Origin: a virus
Taxonomy: Duplodnaviria; Caudoviricetes
Direction: 5' to 3' (one strand)
Virus record (IMG/VR): IMGVR_UViG_3300045240_000178
Location: 1-53,592 of that record
DNA length: 53,592 nucleotides
In this document: in pieces, positions 17,941-26,106 of the stretch
How the letters are laid out: the number at the start of each line of letters is the position of its first letter
Numbering within the stretch: the first letter of the stretch is position 1
Translations under genes and position numbers: made by a program
Notes under the pieces: generated by a model
Database searches by the model: none
Seen by the model: only the letters and a program-made list of their open reading frames with translations
Told to the model about the DNA's origin: nothing

Positions 17941-19584
17941 ATGAGGAATTTTATGCTGAACAATTTCCGCCTTCTCGCGCCCCTCCTGCTGCTGACGGCA
18001 GGCGCTCTCCCGGGGCAGGAAACCATGGACCGCTCGAACGCGGAGAAGACCATTCCGTGGAAGCTCCGCGCTCTCGAACCAGGGCACTGCGCGATCGCCG
18101 AGGTCTACTGGAACACCGTCTCGAATAAACTGCGGCGCTGCATCGCGCCGAACGTCTGGGCGGACGTGGTGACGGCGGATGCATCAGGGAACGTAGTGGT
18201 CGGGGGAACGGTGCTTCCAGCATCGCTTCCCGTCAGCGTGCTCGCCTATGGCGCGATTGGCAATGGCGTCGCCAACGACACGGCGGGGATCGCGGCTGCT
18301 TGCGCGGCGGCCAAGGCTGCGAACAAGGGCCTCTACTTACCCGCTGGCACCTATCTGACCGACCCGATCACCTGCATGACGCAAGCGGGGATGACGCTAT
18401 CCGGCGAGGGGTGGGGATCAATCCTTAAGAGCAGAACGGGCGCTACGGTCATCGAAATCACGGCGGCGAGCCCGACCGATATCACGTTTCGGAATTTCGC
18501 CATCGACGGCAATGCGGGAGCGAGCGGGCATGGCATCTACGTGCACGACAACAGCATTCAGCCGTGGGGCCTCAGTATCGATAACGTCAAGATCTCGAAC
18601 GTGGGCGGACGTTGCGTCTTCATGACGCTGGATTACCAGACGCGCCTCACTGACGTGAGTTGCCAGAGCAATGGCGGCAATGGCATCGAACTGGATAATC
18701 GCGTGGCGGATGTGTTGACCCGCGTGTACGTGCATGGCGTCGGGGCGGGCAAGGCGGGGTTTGTGTTCTATAGCGGCACGCCCGCGCTCATCGCGTGCAA
18801 TGGTCTGGACTCCGTTACGGGCGCGAATTCGGATTGGGGGGTGTTCGGTCAAACCGTGGCGGAAGACGGAGTGCTCAACATCAGCCGCCCGGTATTCATC
18901 GGCTCCAACATCGAACACTTTGGACGCTACGGAATCCGCTTCAAGCAGTCGTCAATGGGCAGTTTTCTCGGCACTTCTTTTAACGTGGATCAGCCGGGCG
19001 TGCAGGCGATCCGATACGAATCGCCCGACGATAGCAGCTATCGGGTGGGAATATTCGACGGCAGTTCGTACATCAACTGCAACACGGGCTGCACGTACGC
19101 CAACAGCGTATCGATCCACGCATCGAGGCTCACTGCCCCGCTCGTGTTTGAGAATGGGACTGACGTGCCGTCGGTGTATGTCGAGGACGTTCCCTATACG
19201 ATTCCTGCTATGCAAAGCGGCTGGAAACAGGCGGCGTACGGCATTTTCAGCCCGTGGTGGTCCCTCGCGTACGTTACCCGCTTACAGACCACTCGTGCGC
19301 TGTCCGACGTCAAGGTGGTCACGTTCTCAGCCACGCCAACCTTCGATCTCTCGCTAGGCGATACGCAGAAGATGACATTGACCGCCAACGTCACGTCGGA
19401 ATCGTTCACCAACAAGGTGGACGGGCAAACCGTCAAAATTTTACTTTGCCAGGATTCAACCGGGAGCCGGACAGTCGTTTGGAGTTCCACGGTTCAAGGC
19501 ACACCGAAAACATTGATCTCGACGGCGAACGCCTGCACCCCGTTTCAGTTCTACGGCGATGGCACTTGGCTCTGGTCGTATTAG
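17941..19584 (+). CDS. Second pectate-lyase-like beta-helix protein with an apparent N-terminal signal peptide
   Basis: SVLAYGAIGNGVANDT and LYLPAGTY motifs; N-terminus FRLLAPLLLLTAGALPGQ. Confidence 0.8.
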   Translation: MRNFMLNNFRLLAPLLLLTAGALPGQETMDRSNAEKTIPWKLRALEPGHCAIAEVYWNTVSNKLRRCIAPNVWADVVTADASGNVVVGGTVLPASLPVSVLAYGAIGNGVANDTAGIAAACAAAKAANKGLYLPAGTYLTDPITCMTQAGMTLSGEGWGSILKSRTGATVIEITAASPTDITFRNFAIDGNAGASGHGIYVHDNSIQPWGLSIDNVKISNVGGRCVFMTLDYQTRLTDVSCQSNGGNGIELDNRVADVLTRVYVHGVGAGKAGFVFYSGTPALIACNGLDSVTGANSDWGVFGQTVAEDGVLNISRPVFIGSNIEHFGRYGIRFKQSSMGSFLGTSFNVDQPGVQAIRYESPDDSSYRVGIFDGSSYINCNTGCTYANSVSIHASRLTAPLVFENGTDVPSVYVEDVPYTIPAMQSGWKQAAYGIFSPWWSLAYVTRLQTTRALSDVKVVTFSATPTFDLSLGDTQKMTLTANVTSESFTNKVDGQTVKILLCQDSTGSRTVVWSSTVQGTPKTLISTANACTPFQFYGDGTWLWSY

Positions 19585-19631
19585 GGAACCAGCGCACGCT
19601 TGAACGATGCCTGAGACAAAGGAGAAAACTG

Positions 19632-19727
19632 ATGGGAATCTTTTCTGACTACGGCCCGCCGGTGGTGGTGAAACCCGCCCGGCGCAAGCACAATCGCAAA
19701 GGGTCGAAACGCGACCCGCGGCGCTGA
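19632..19727 (+). CDS. Basic 31-aa peptide (MGIFSDYGPPVVVKPARRKHNRKGSKRDPRR)
   Basis: Strong AAAGGAG RBS upstream of the ATG. Confidence 0.5.
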   Translation: MGIFSDYGPPVVVKPARRKHNRKGSKRDPRR

Positions 19728-19728
19728 G

Positions 19729-19884
19729 ATGATCGAAACTATTTACGTTGTGTGGCTGGTTTTCTGCCTATGGGCGGGCAAGGCGGATTCCCGCAATCTA
19801 GTACCGGTGGCGATTCTAATCTTTGTCTCTCCGGCCTTCTTTGCCTCTCACAGCAACCTGCCTGAAAAAAAAGGGGCAGAGTGA
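19729..19884 (+). CDS. Small membrane protein, 51 aa (MIETIYVVWLVFCLW...)
   Basis: Two hydrophobic stretches; packed between neighbours. Confidence 0.45.
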   Translation: MIETIYVVWLVFCLWAGKADSRNLVPVAILIFVSPAFFASHSNLPEKKGAE

Positions 19885-20074
19885 AGACGTTCGTGTTCCA
19901 ACTTGAAGTCGAGATGGCTGATGACGAGGACGTGCAGCGCGCCGTCCATCAGGCATTGCGGGCGGCAGCAGACAATCTTCGAGAACTACGAAAGCCCGGC
20001 GAAGATCCGCCATTTCGTTTGACGGTGATCCCACTGGGATTGAAGCCGCCGTGTTAGACGTAGAGGCAAGCCCG

Positions 20075-20317
20075 ATGCCTGAAAATCAATGCCCACAATG
20101 CGCGAAACTCCGGGCCGAACTCGCAGAGCAGCTCGCTCAGTTCGACGGGTCGTGGCGCGAGCTGCTGGCGGAGCGCGATGCGCTCAGGGCCTCGGTGGAC
20201 GCGTTCCAGGAGGAGGCGGACCGGCGCGGCGGCTGGCGCGCGTGGCTGCCGTGGCTGATCGCCGCGGCGCTGTTCGGGGTGGGCCTGTGGCTGTGGGTCA
20301 TGCCGCGCGGCCAGTAA
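20075..20317 (+). CDS. Small protein with CxxC, coiled coil and C-terminal TM helix, 80 aa
   Basis: GAGG RBS; CPQC; WLPWLIAAALFGVGLWLWV. Confidence 0.65.
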   Translation: MPENQCPQCAKLRAELAEQLAQFDGSWRELLAERDALRASVDAFQEEADRRGGWRAWLPWLIAAALFGVGLWLWVMPRGQ

Positions 20318-20542
20318 TTAGCGCCGGTGTGGCCGATAAGGGGTTTGTGTCTGTATCGTCCCCTATCCGCGGCGCCGGCCGCCGGCCCTCTTCGGTGGTT
20401 GACACCCGCATCGTCTATCATGACGGAGATCGGTGGCTTCTTCCGCAGGACGGGCAATGTGGTGGTTCCACTAACCGTGAGACAGATCCTCGACGATCAA
20501 CTTGCCCAACGGCTGGCGTGATGGTCTTCGGGGCTATCGGAC

Positions 20543-21178
20543 TTACGCGCGCACGAGTTCCCGGAGGAGGGTATTGCTTCCACGAAATGCAGGCTGATCC
20601 AGAGATAGCGGCCCGAACTTTACCGGGAACCGTCTGCGCACGGCGCGTATGAATCGGGGTACGGCGCCGTCAATCTTCTCTAAATCAACCGTTCCATCGA
20701 GGATGGCTACGGCGAGATCCTGGCAGACTTCGGCTCTGACGGATTCACCCAGGCACTTGGGAACTGCTTGATTGATAGCAAGTAGAAGATCAAGGCCGTC
20801 GTGGCAATCGTTCGGGCCGACATAGGGATACTGGAGTGCAGTGCTTGGCGGTCTCGGTCCTCGTCTTCGCGGTCGTTGCTTGTGTGGCCGCCCATAATAG
20901 TGCTGGTAGTAGTAGTCAAGAGACCATGAGTTCAGCTTCGCCCGGTGTTTCGGGCAGAGCAAAATGTCCCCGCCTCCAGAACCCGGAGCCGAGCAGAAAA
21001 GGCAAAGCCCAGCAGCCTTCTGCCGCACCTTGATGCGCAAGTACCTCTCGCAAGACGCGACCCGTTTCTTTTCACGGTGGTACCGACAAACGACAAAGTT
21101 CTCCTGAACAGGAGACGGGCAATATAGGCAGAGACCACGGCTTCTGTTCTTTTCCCGGTGCTTCTGTACTGCATTCAT
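20543..21178 (-). CDS. Protein with two CxxC...CxxH zinc-finger repeats and a sigma-factor-like C-terminal segment, 211 aa
   Basis: GLCLYC...CRYH and GLCLFC...CPKH; C-terminal QDLAVAIL...LSLDQP. Confidence 0.65.
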   Translation of the reverse strand: MNAVQKHREKNRSRGLCLYCPSPVQENFVVCRYHREKKRVASCERYLRIKVRQKAAGLCLFCSAPGSGGGDILLCPKHRAKLNSWSLDYYYQHYYGRPHKQRPRRRGPRPPSTALQYPYVGPNDCHDGLDLLLAINQAVPKCLGESVRAEVCQDLAVAILDGTVDLEKIDGAVPRFIRAVRRRFPVKFGPLSLDQPAFRGSNTLLRELVRA

Positions 21179-21233
21179 ACGCGAGACGTTCCACGGCCAG
21201 CGAGGATCGGGGCGAAGCGCCCCACTACTACTT

Positions 21234-22094
21234 TTACAGATAGGACGGCGCGCAGAGCTGGTACTCCGTGCGGGCGCGTTTGAATTCGTGGCGCAGGTAC
21301 AGCATCGTGGTTTCGATGTAGGCGTGCCCGAGTTGCTTCTGAATGCTCACCAGGTGCGCGCCGCGGTTGAGCAGATTCATGGCGAGCGAGTGCCTGAACA
21401 AGTGCGGATGCACCCGCCTGTCCAGGCCCGCGTTGCGGGCGGCGACCCGCACGATCTTCCGTACGTCCTGGGTCTGCAGCTTTTTGCCGTGGCGGACGGT
21501 GACGAACGCGAACTCGCCCGGCGCCGCGTTCCGCTCGCGCAGATAACGGGCCACGATGTCGGCGCAGGGACCGGGGATCGAGGCGACGTACGCGTGTTGG
21601 CCTTTGCCCTTGCGGACCTTGATCTGCCCGTCTCCCAGATCGATGTCGCCGATGGTGAGATCGCAGATCTCCGCATTGCGGATGCCGGCGAAGGCGAGAA
21701 CGCACAGCAGCGCCTTGGCGCGGATCTTCTTTACGCTGGCCAGCAGGACGGAGATTTCCGCTTCACTGAGCGTGTTTTCCAACAGCGGCGCCGGTTTGGT
21801 GGGGCGCGGGAAACGGACGGTGATCCCGCGGAACTCCTGATAGCGCTCGATGGCACTCAAGGTGTTGCGGATGTGCCAGTAGGATTTCGCGGATCCGCGC
21901 ACCTGGCCAAGATACGTGTCGAGGGCGCTGTCGTCAGGCAGCGTGCCTGCCTGCGCCATCATGCGGCGGACGGCGCCGGCTTGGAGATTGACGGAGCCGG
22001 CGCTGAGGCCTTTTCGCACGAACAGCCAGTTGCGAAAGCGCGTGAGGGCTTTCGCGGATTCGTCTTCGGGTAGGAGTGCGGGGGCGGGTGCCAT
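21234..22094 (-). CDS. Tyrosine recombinase (XerC/D-sized integrase), 286 aa
   Basis: GIRNAE (R), KGK (K), HPHLFRHS (HxxR), LGH and TTMLY (Y) catalytic motifs. Confidence 0.95.
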   Translation of the reverse strand: MAPAPALLPEDESAKALTRFRNWLFVRKGLSAGSVNLQAGAVRRMMAQAGTLPDDSALDTYLGQVRGSAKSYWHIRNTLSAIERYQEFRGITVRFPRPTKPAPLLENTLSEAEISVLLASVKKIRAKALLCVLAFAGIRNAEICDLTIGDIDLGDGQIKVRKGKGQHAYVASIPGPCADIVARYLRERNAAPGEFAFVTVRHGKKLQTQDVRKIVRVAARNAGLDRRVHPHLFRHSLAMNLLNRGAHLVSIQKQLGHAYIETTMLYLRHEFKRARTEYQLCAPSYL

Positions 22095-22096
22095 TC

Positions 22097-22429
22097 TTAC
22101 AACACCTCCGCTGCGCCGCCGAATACGAACAGTCTCATCGCTTCGAGGGCCACCAGCGCGTTATCGTCGTCAATCGCGCCCAGGTCCGACCAAAGAGCAA
22201 CCTTGTAGTCTGGGTTGAACAGTGACGCCGCCAGCCTCAGCATGCGCAGTTCGCCTCCGGACCACGGCCCTGCCAGGATCGCATCGAACATGATGGAGCG
22301 CCGCTCCAGATAGACGTGAGACCAGACGCCGCCGGCATCCTCGAATAGCGGGCTCGTCAGAATGTGAAGCGCCGCGCGCCAGCCGGGATCACTCAGCAAC
22401 CGGGCAGGGATCTCTCGTTTCGTCGTCAT
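22097..22429 (-). CDS. Hypothetical mobile-element protein, 110 aa
   Basis: GGAGG RBS; WSGGELRMLRLAASL motif; part of the leftward operon. Confidence 0.75.
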   Translation of the reverse strand: MTTKREIPARLLSDPGWRAALHILTSPLFEDAGGVWSHVYLERRSIMFDAILAGPWSGGELRMLRLAASLFNPDYKVALWSDLGAIDDDNALVALEAMRLFVFGGAAEVL

Positions 22430-22473
22430 CTATTTATCCTCCAGAATCGTCCGCCTGATGATCTTCTCGATTG

Positions 22474-23262
22474 TCATTCGGCCACCGTCCCGCCGAAGTC
22501 GCGCTGGCAGTTTCTCCAGGCGCCGCAGTATTTCCTGCTGCACATGTAATGAGAACGATTGGGCAGCCACACGCCGGCACGGATGCTCTGCTGCACCAAC
22601 GGGTACATCTTTGTGGTGGCGTCAACATGCGCGGTGTCGGCCGAGCAACTGATCTGAATGAGTTGCGGGGCCTTTGTCTTCACCAGGGTGTCGAGCCGCG
22701 CTTCGCCGGAGGCGCCATCGCAGAGCTGGGTGTAGGTGGCGAGCTGAAACGCATAGTCGCTTGAAATCTCGCTGGGCTTCTTGGCGGCCGTCTTCAGATC
22801 GATGATCCGCCCCTCGACGTCCAGAAGATCGATGTATCCCTGCACCAGCACGCCGCCGATCCGTCCGGAGACGTGCAACTCCACCGCGGCCGGTTGGATC
22901 GCAGGACAGGCCTCGTCGAGATACTTCAACGTCAGAGCGAGCCCTTGCGCCTTCAAAGTGGACGGGTCTTCATCGTCGCGGAACTCTGTCACCTTGGCCT
23001 TCTCGGTCCAGACGCTGTTATAGATGGCGCTCACGCCGGCGATATCGAGATCCTCGAATGTTTCCATCTTCTGGGCGAAGTTCTCAGTGATCGCGGAGTG
23101 GACGGCGGATCCGAGAGTCAGGGCTCCCGTGGGCGGATCTTCGATCTTCGCCACCTTGCGGTAGAAATATTTGGCGGAGCAGCCGAGGTATTGGCTGGCG
23201 CTGCTGGGGGAGAGGATATCCCCCGGCGCGTCGTAGAGGAGTGCGGCCGTGCGGGCGCTCAT
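22474..23262 (-). CDS. PD-(D/E)XK exonuclease, Cas4/AddB-like with four Cys, 262 aa
   Basis: LSPSS...C, GSAVH, GYIDLL, IIDLKT, QLATY motifs; C-terminal C...C.....C. Confidence 0.9.
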   Translation of the reverse strand: MSARTAALLYDAPGDILSPSSASQYLGCSAKYFYRKVAKIEDPPTGALTLGSAVHSAITENFAQKMETFEDLDIAGVSAIYNSVWTEKAKVTEFRDDEDPSTLKAQGLALTLKYLDEACPAIQPAAVELHVSGRIGGVLVQGYIDLLDVEGRIIDLKTAAKKPSEISSDYAFQLATYTQLCDGASGEARLDTLVKTKAPQLIQISCSADTAHVDATTKMYPLVQQSIRAGVWLPNRSHYMCSRKYCGAWRNCQRDFGGTVAE

Positions 23263-23981
23263 TTCGCGCCCCGCTGCCAACAGGACAGGAAGCCATCGCG
23301 CGCGGCCTGGATCAGCAGAGTGGAAACGGCATCCTGTTTCGCGGCATCGCTCCACTGCTCGCCGGCGGCCTTCAGTCCGTCCACGACGATCTGGAGCAGC
23401 TCGCGAAAGGCGACGTCGTAGGGAATCTTCACTTGCGGCGACGGGATGCCGGCGGCCTCGTACGGCCTGGCGCCGTTGCCATTGAGGGGCTTGCTACCAT
23501 TGCCGTTGTTGTAGGGCGGCTGTGCTGTTACCGGTGCGGCTACAACCGGGGCGGGCGCTGATACGTTCGCTCCGGCCTGTTTCGCGCGTTCGATCTCGGC
23601 GAGCGATGCCCTCAGTTTCTGTTCGAGGTCGCTATCGGGAATGCCGGTCGCCTGCGCCGCGGCAGACGGCGGGGGAGGGGGAGGGGGCGGCGGCGCCTCC
23701 TGGTCGCCCACCGGCCACACGTCCCAAATGGGCGAATCGGTCTTCTTGCCGGTCCAGCGCTTGCAGATCCAGAACGGCTCGCCGCGGCGCGGACCAAGCA
23801 TGTTGATCTTGGCGGCGACGTCCATGTCCAGGTAAAGGCAGGACTCCGGGGGCGTTTGCAGCGAATAGTACATCTGGTCGGCGAATCGCCCCTCGACCTG
23901 TTTTCCGTCCGGATAGCGAAGGCTGATCTGGATAGGAACGTTGGGAGTGACGGTGAGCTTCTGTGCCGGCATTTTAGACAT
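23259..23981 (-). CDS. Hypothetical protein with Pro-rich linker, possibly ssDNA-binding or recombination partner, 240 aa
   Basis: Coupled upstream of the exonuclease; start MSKMPAQ. Confidence 0.7.
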   Translation of the reverse strand: MSKMPAQKLTVTPNVPIQISLRYPDGKQVEGRFADQMYYSLQTPPESCLYLDMDVAAKINMLGPRRGEPFWICKRWTGKKTDSPIWDVWPVGDQEAPPPPPPPPPSAAAQATGIPDSDLEQKLRASLAEIERAKQAGANVSAPAPVVAAPVTAQPPYNNGNGSKPLNGNGARPYEAAGIPSPQVKIPYDVAFRELLQIVVDGLKAAGEQWSDAAKQDAVSTLLIQAARDGFLSCWQRGAK

Positions 23982-24351
23982 CCTCCCCGCGACGCTTCGC
24001 AGCCAGATATTCGCCACGCTCGGCCTTCAGCTTCTCAGCGGCGTCGATTGCCGTCTGCTCGCACAGTTCGCACAACGGAGTTGTGCCGTACACATCGCAA
24101 ACTCCATCGGCATCCGTGTGGTACGGCTTCTGGGCGTTCACGCAGCGGTGAATCTGCTGAGTGCCGCCGTAGGACTGCGGGTCCGCGTTCCACTCGGCCA
24201 GCTCCCGATCGCGCAGCTTCGCCAGCTCGGCGTACATCCGGCTGTAGGCGCGCCCGATTGCCGTGCCATTCGGCGCGGCGTGCTGGTCGAGCACCGCCAT
24301 CACTTCCTCTACTTCCCGAAGTTCCTTGATCGTCGTGTCGGTCGCATTCAT
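23974..24351 (-). CDS. Hypothetical protein, 125 aa (MNATDTTIKEL...)
   Basis: GGAGGAG RBS; CELC motif. Confidence 0.7.
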   Translation of the reverse strand: MNATDTTIKELREVEEVMAVLDQHAAPNGTAIGRAYSRMYAELAKLRDRELAEWNADPQSYGGTQQIHRCVNAQKPYHTDADGVCDVYGTTPLCELCEQTAIDAAEKLKAERGEYLAAKRRGEDV

Positions 24352-24376
24352 GGCTGTTCTCCTCCCTACCGGTCCC

Positions 24377-24580
24377 TTAAAAACAGGCGTTGCACGAGCA
24401 ATGCGCGCGCGTGCCGCCGCTTGCGATCGATCCCGATTCGCACATGCTCGACCCGTGGTGGGACGGATGCATCTTGCCCTTGTTTGCGATGCACTCCGGG
24501 CAGACTGCACGTTCCGCCTCTTTCCGCCGAAAGGTCTCCCGCGCAATCGCCGCTGCCTGTTGTAGTTTGGTGTTCTGCAT
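24377..24580 (-). CDS. Small Cys-rich protein, 67 aa
   Basis: AGGAG RBS; CPEC...C...CSCNAC. Confidence 0.7.
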   Translation of the reverse strand: MQNTKLQQAAAIARETFRRKEAERAVCPECIANKGKMHPSHHGSSMCESGSIASGGTRAHCSCNACF

Positions 24581-24979
24581 TTACGCAATCTCCTTTGCCG
24601 TCGATTCGTATTCCTGCACGCTGGTCACCGCCCGCAGGCGCACGTTCCACGGCGAGTTCGCATCGTGGCACGGGCAGCCCCGCGGGTCGAACATGTCCAC
24701 GTCCGTCTGATGGCACTCGCATTCCGGCTCCTGCATGGCAAGGCCTTCCGCCGCGCAGGTGACGCACAGCCGCTCTCCGCCGAAGGTCAGGCCGTGCGAT
24801 TCGCAGACCAGGTGGTTGCAGGAATCGCACTTGAACGACAGGTGCTCGCAGCCTGCCTTGCAGAGGCGCGTTTCGCAGCCGGGATGCGTGCAGCGGGTGG
24901 TCTCGATGTAGGGCGCGCCGTCTTCGTCGCGGTCTACGTTGCGGAAGGTGGTTAAGCAGGTGGTGCAAGTGGCGTCCAT
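24581..24979 (-). CDS. Cys/His-rich multi-zinc-finger protein, 132 aa; first gene of the leftward operon
   Basis: Many CxxC motifs; ATG about 7 nt downstream of the -10. Confidence 0.75.
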   Translation of the reverse strand: MDATCTTCLTTFRNVDRDEDGAPYIETTRCTHPGCETRLCKAGCEHLSFKCDSCNHLVCESHGLTFGGERLCVTCAAEGLAMQEPECECHQTDVDMFDPRGCPCHDANSPWNVRLRAVTSVQEYESTAKEIA

Positions 24980-24986
24980 GTAATGT

Positions 24987-25015
24987 ATATTATCATTGCC
25001 CGAACCTTATGTCAA
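24987..25015 (-). promoter_or_regulatory. Strong leftward sigma70 promoter TTGACA-17-TAATAT (extended -10)
   Basis: -35 at 25015-25010, TGA-TAATAT at 24995-24987; predicts a leaderless mRNA. Confidence 0.75.
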
Positions 25016-25033
25016 CATAAAGTATGTTATTAT
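25007..25033 (+). promoter_or_regulatory. Operator-like inverted repeats and rightward extended -10 (TGT-TATTAT)
   Basis: TTATGT-CA-ACATAA (25007-25020) and AACATA-AAG-TATGTT (25014-25028); -10 at 25028-25033. Confidence 0.6.
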
Positions 25034-25042
25034 TATTCAGAA

Positions 25043-25225
25043 ATGCCGATAGACCCGAGAAAGATTTGCGACTGTCTACGGTGCGGTCACGCGTGGGTTA
25101 AGCGGATCGATGGCCGGCCTGGTTGGTGTCCGAAGTGCAAGCAGCCAAATTGGGACGTCGCGGCCGGCACGATGAAGATGGGCAGACCGAAGAAGAAGAC
25201 GGCGGGGAAGAAGAAGGGAAAATAA
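25043..25225 (+). CDS. Zn-ribbon protein with Lys-rich tail, 60 aa (candidate repressor)
   Basis: CLRCGHAW...CPKC..PNW then GRPKKKTAGKKKGK; divergent from the early operon. Confidence 0.75.
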   Translation: MPIDPRKICDCLRCGHAWVKRIDGRPGWCPKCKQPNWDVAAGTMKMGRPKKKTAGKKKGK

Positions 25226-25228
25226 GGG

Positions 25229-25459
25229 ATGAGCATTCAGGAAATCCTCCTGTTCGACTTCTCGGAACTTCGATGGCTGGTGATTTCCTGCGTAGCCTGC
25301 CATACCGAGGTCGCCATCGATGCAGGCGAAACCACGACGGCGGTCCCGTCCCAGTGCCCGAGCTGCCACAAAGTCTACGAGGACGCGTTGCGGCAGAACC
25401 TGGACAGTTACCGCCGGCTTTACGCCTCGGCTCAGTGGAAGGTCAGGGTCGCCAAATGA
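25229..25459 (+). CDS. Zn-ribbon protein, 76 aa
   Basis: CVAC and CPSC motifs. Confidence 0.7.
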   Translation: MSIQEILLFDFSELRWLVISCVACHTEVAIDAGETTTAVPSQCPSCHKVYEDALRQNLDSYRRLYASAQWKVRVAK

Positions 25460-25531
25460 TCGCGGGAAGCGAACGCTGAAGTCGCTGCAGACGCCCGGAG
25501 AACATGGGGAAGTGACCGATAAGGCGGTCAG

Positions 25532-26089
25532 ATGCGAAAAGTTAACGTCCTGGCCGCCTTCACGGGGCTGATTCTGGCGGCCGTTCTTGCCACGGCTCAA
25601 AGTGAAGGCCCTCATCAGCTAACCGCCAAGGAGCAGGAAAGGATTTACCAGGCCACCAAACTCACGCCCGCCCAAGCCAAACAGCAGAAGGCCGACGCCG
25701 AGGCGCGAGTCAAACGAGAAAAGGCCGAGGCTAAGGCGCGAGCAAAGCGGGAAAAGCAGAGACTGGCGAATGAGCCATCTCAGCCGTCAATCTCAGAGGA
25801 ATGCGTGATGGTCTACGACATCCGATCCCACGGCTTCGGAATATTAGCCAACATCACGTTTGTTCCCGGACTCAGCGCTAAGGTGCGAAACAATTGCAAC
25901 CGCACGGCTAGCGTGTTCCTAAAGATCGGTTATTTCAACAGTCGAGGAGACCAGTTTGGGGACGGAACTGTAAGCGCCACAGTCGCGCCCGGTGCGGTCT
26001 ATACAATCAACCACGAAATATACCAAGCGATGTACCACGACTTGCTGAAGGCCGCGCGAGTACTGTCGGTTCAAGCGTTTCCAAATTGA
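25532..26089 (+). CDS. Secreted/periplasmic protein with coiled coil and Ig-like (FxLYD-like) C-terminal domain
   Basis: Signal peptide ending ATA-Q; KVRNN...IGYFN..G.Q.G motif. Confidence 0.7.
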   Translation: MRKVNVLAAFTGLILAAVLATAQSEGPHQLTAKEQERIYQATKLTPAQAKQQKADAEARVKREKAEAKARAKREKQRLANEPSQPSISEECVMVYDIRSHGFGILANITFVPGLSAKVRNNCNRTASVFLKIGYFNSRGDQFGDGTVSATVAPGAVYTINHEIYQAMYHDLLKAARVLSVQAFPN

Positions 26090-26106
26090 GGCTTCGATTG
26101 CGTGAC

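Noticed and set aside
22474-23262. Cas4-like gene as part of a CRISPR-Cas locus
   Set aside because: No cas1/cas2 and no regularly spaced repeat array was seen anywhere in the window
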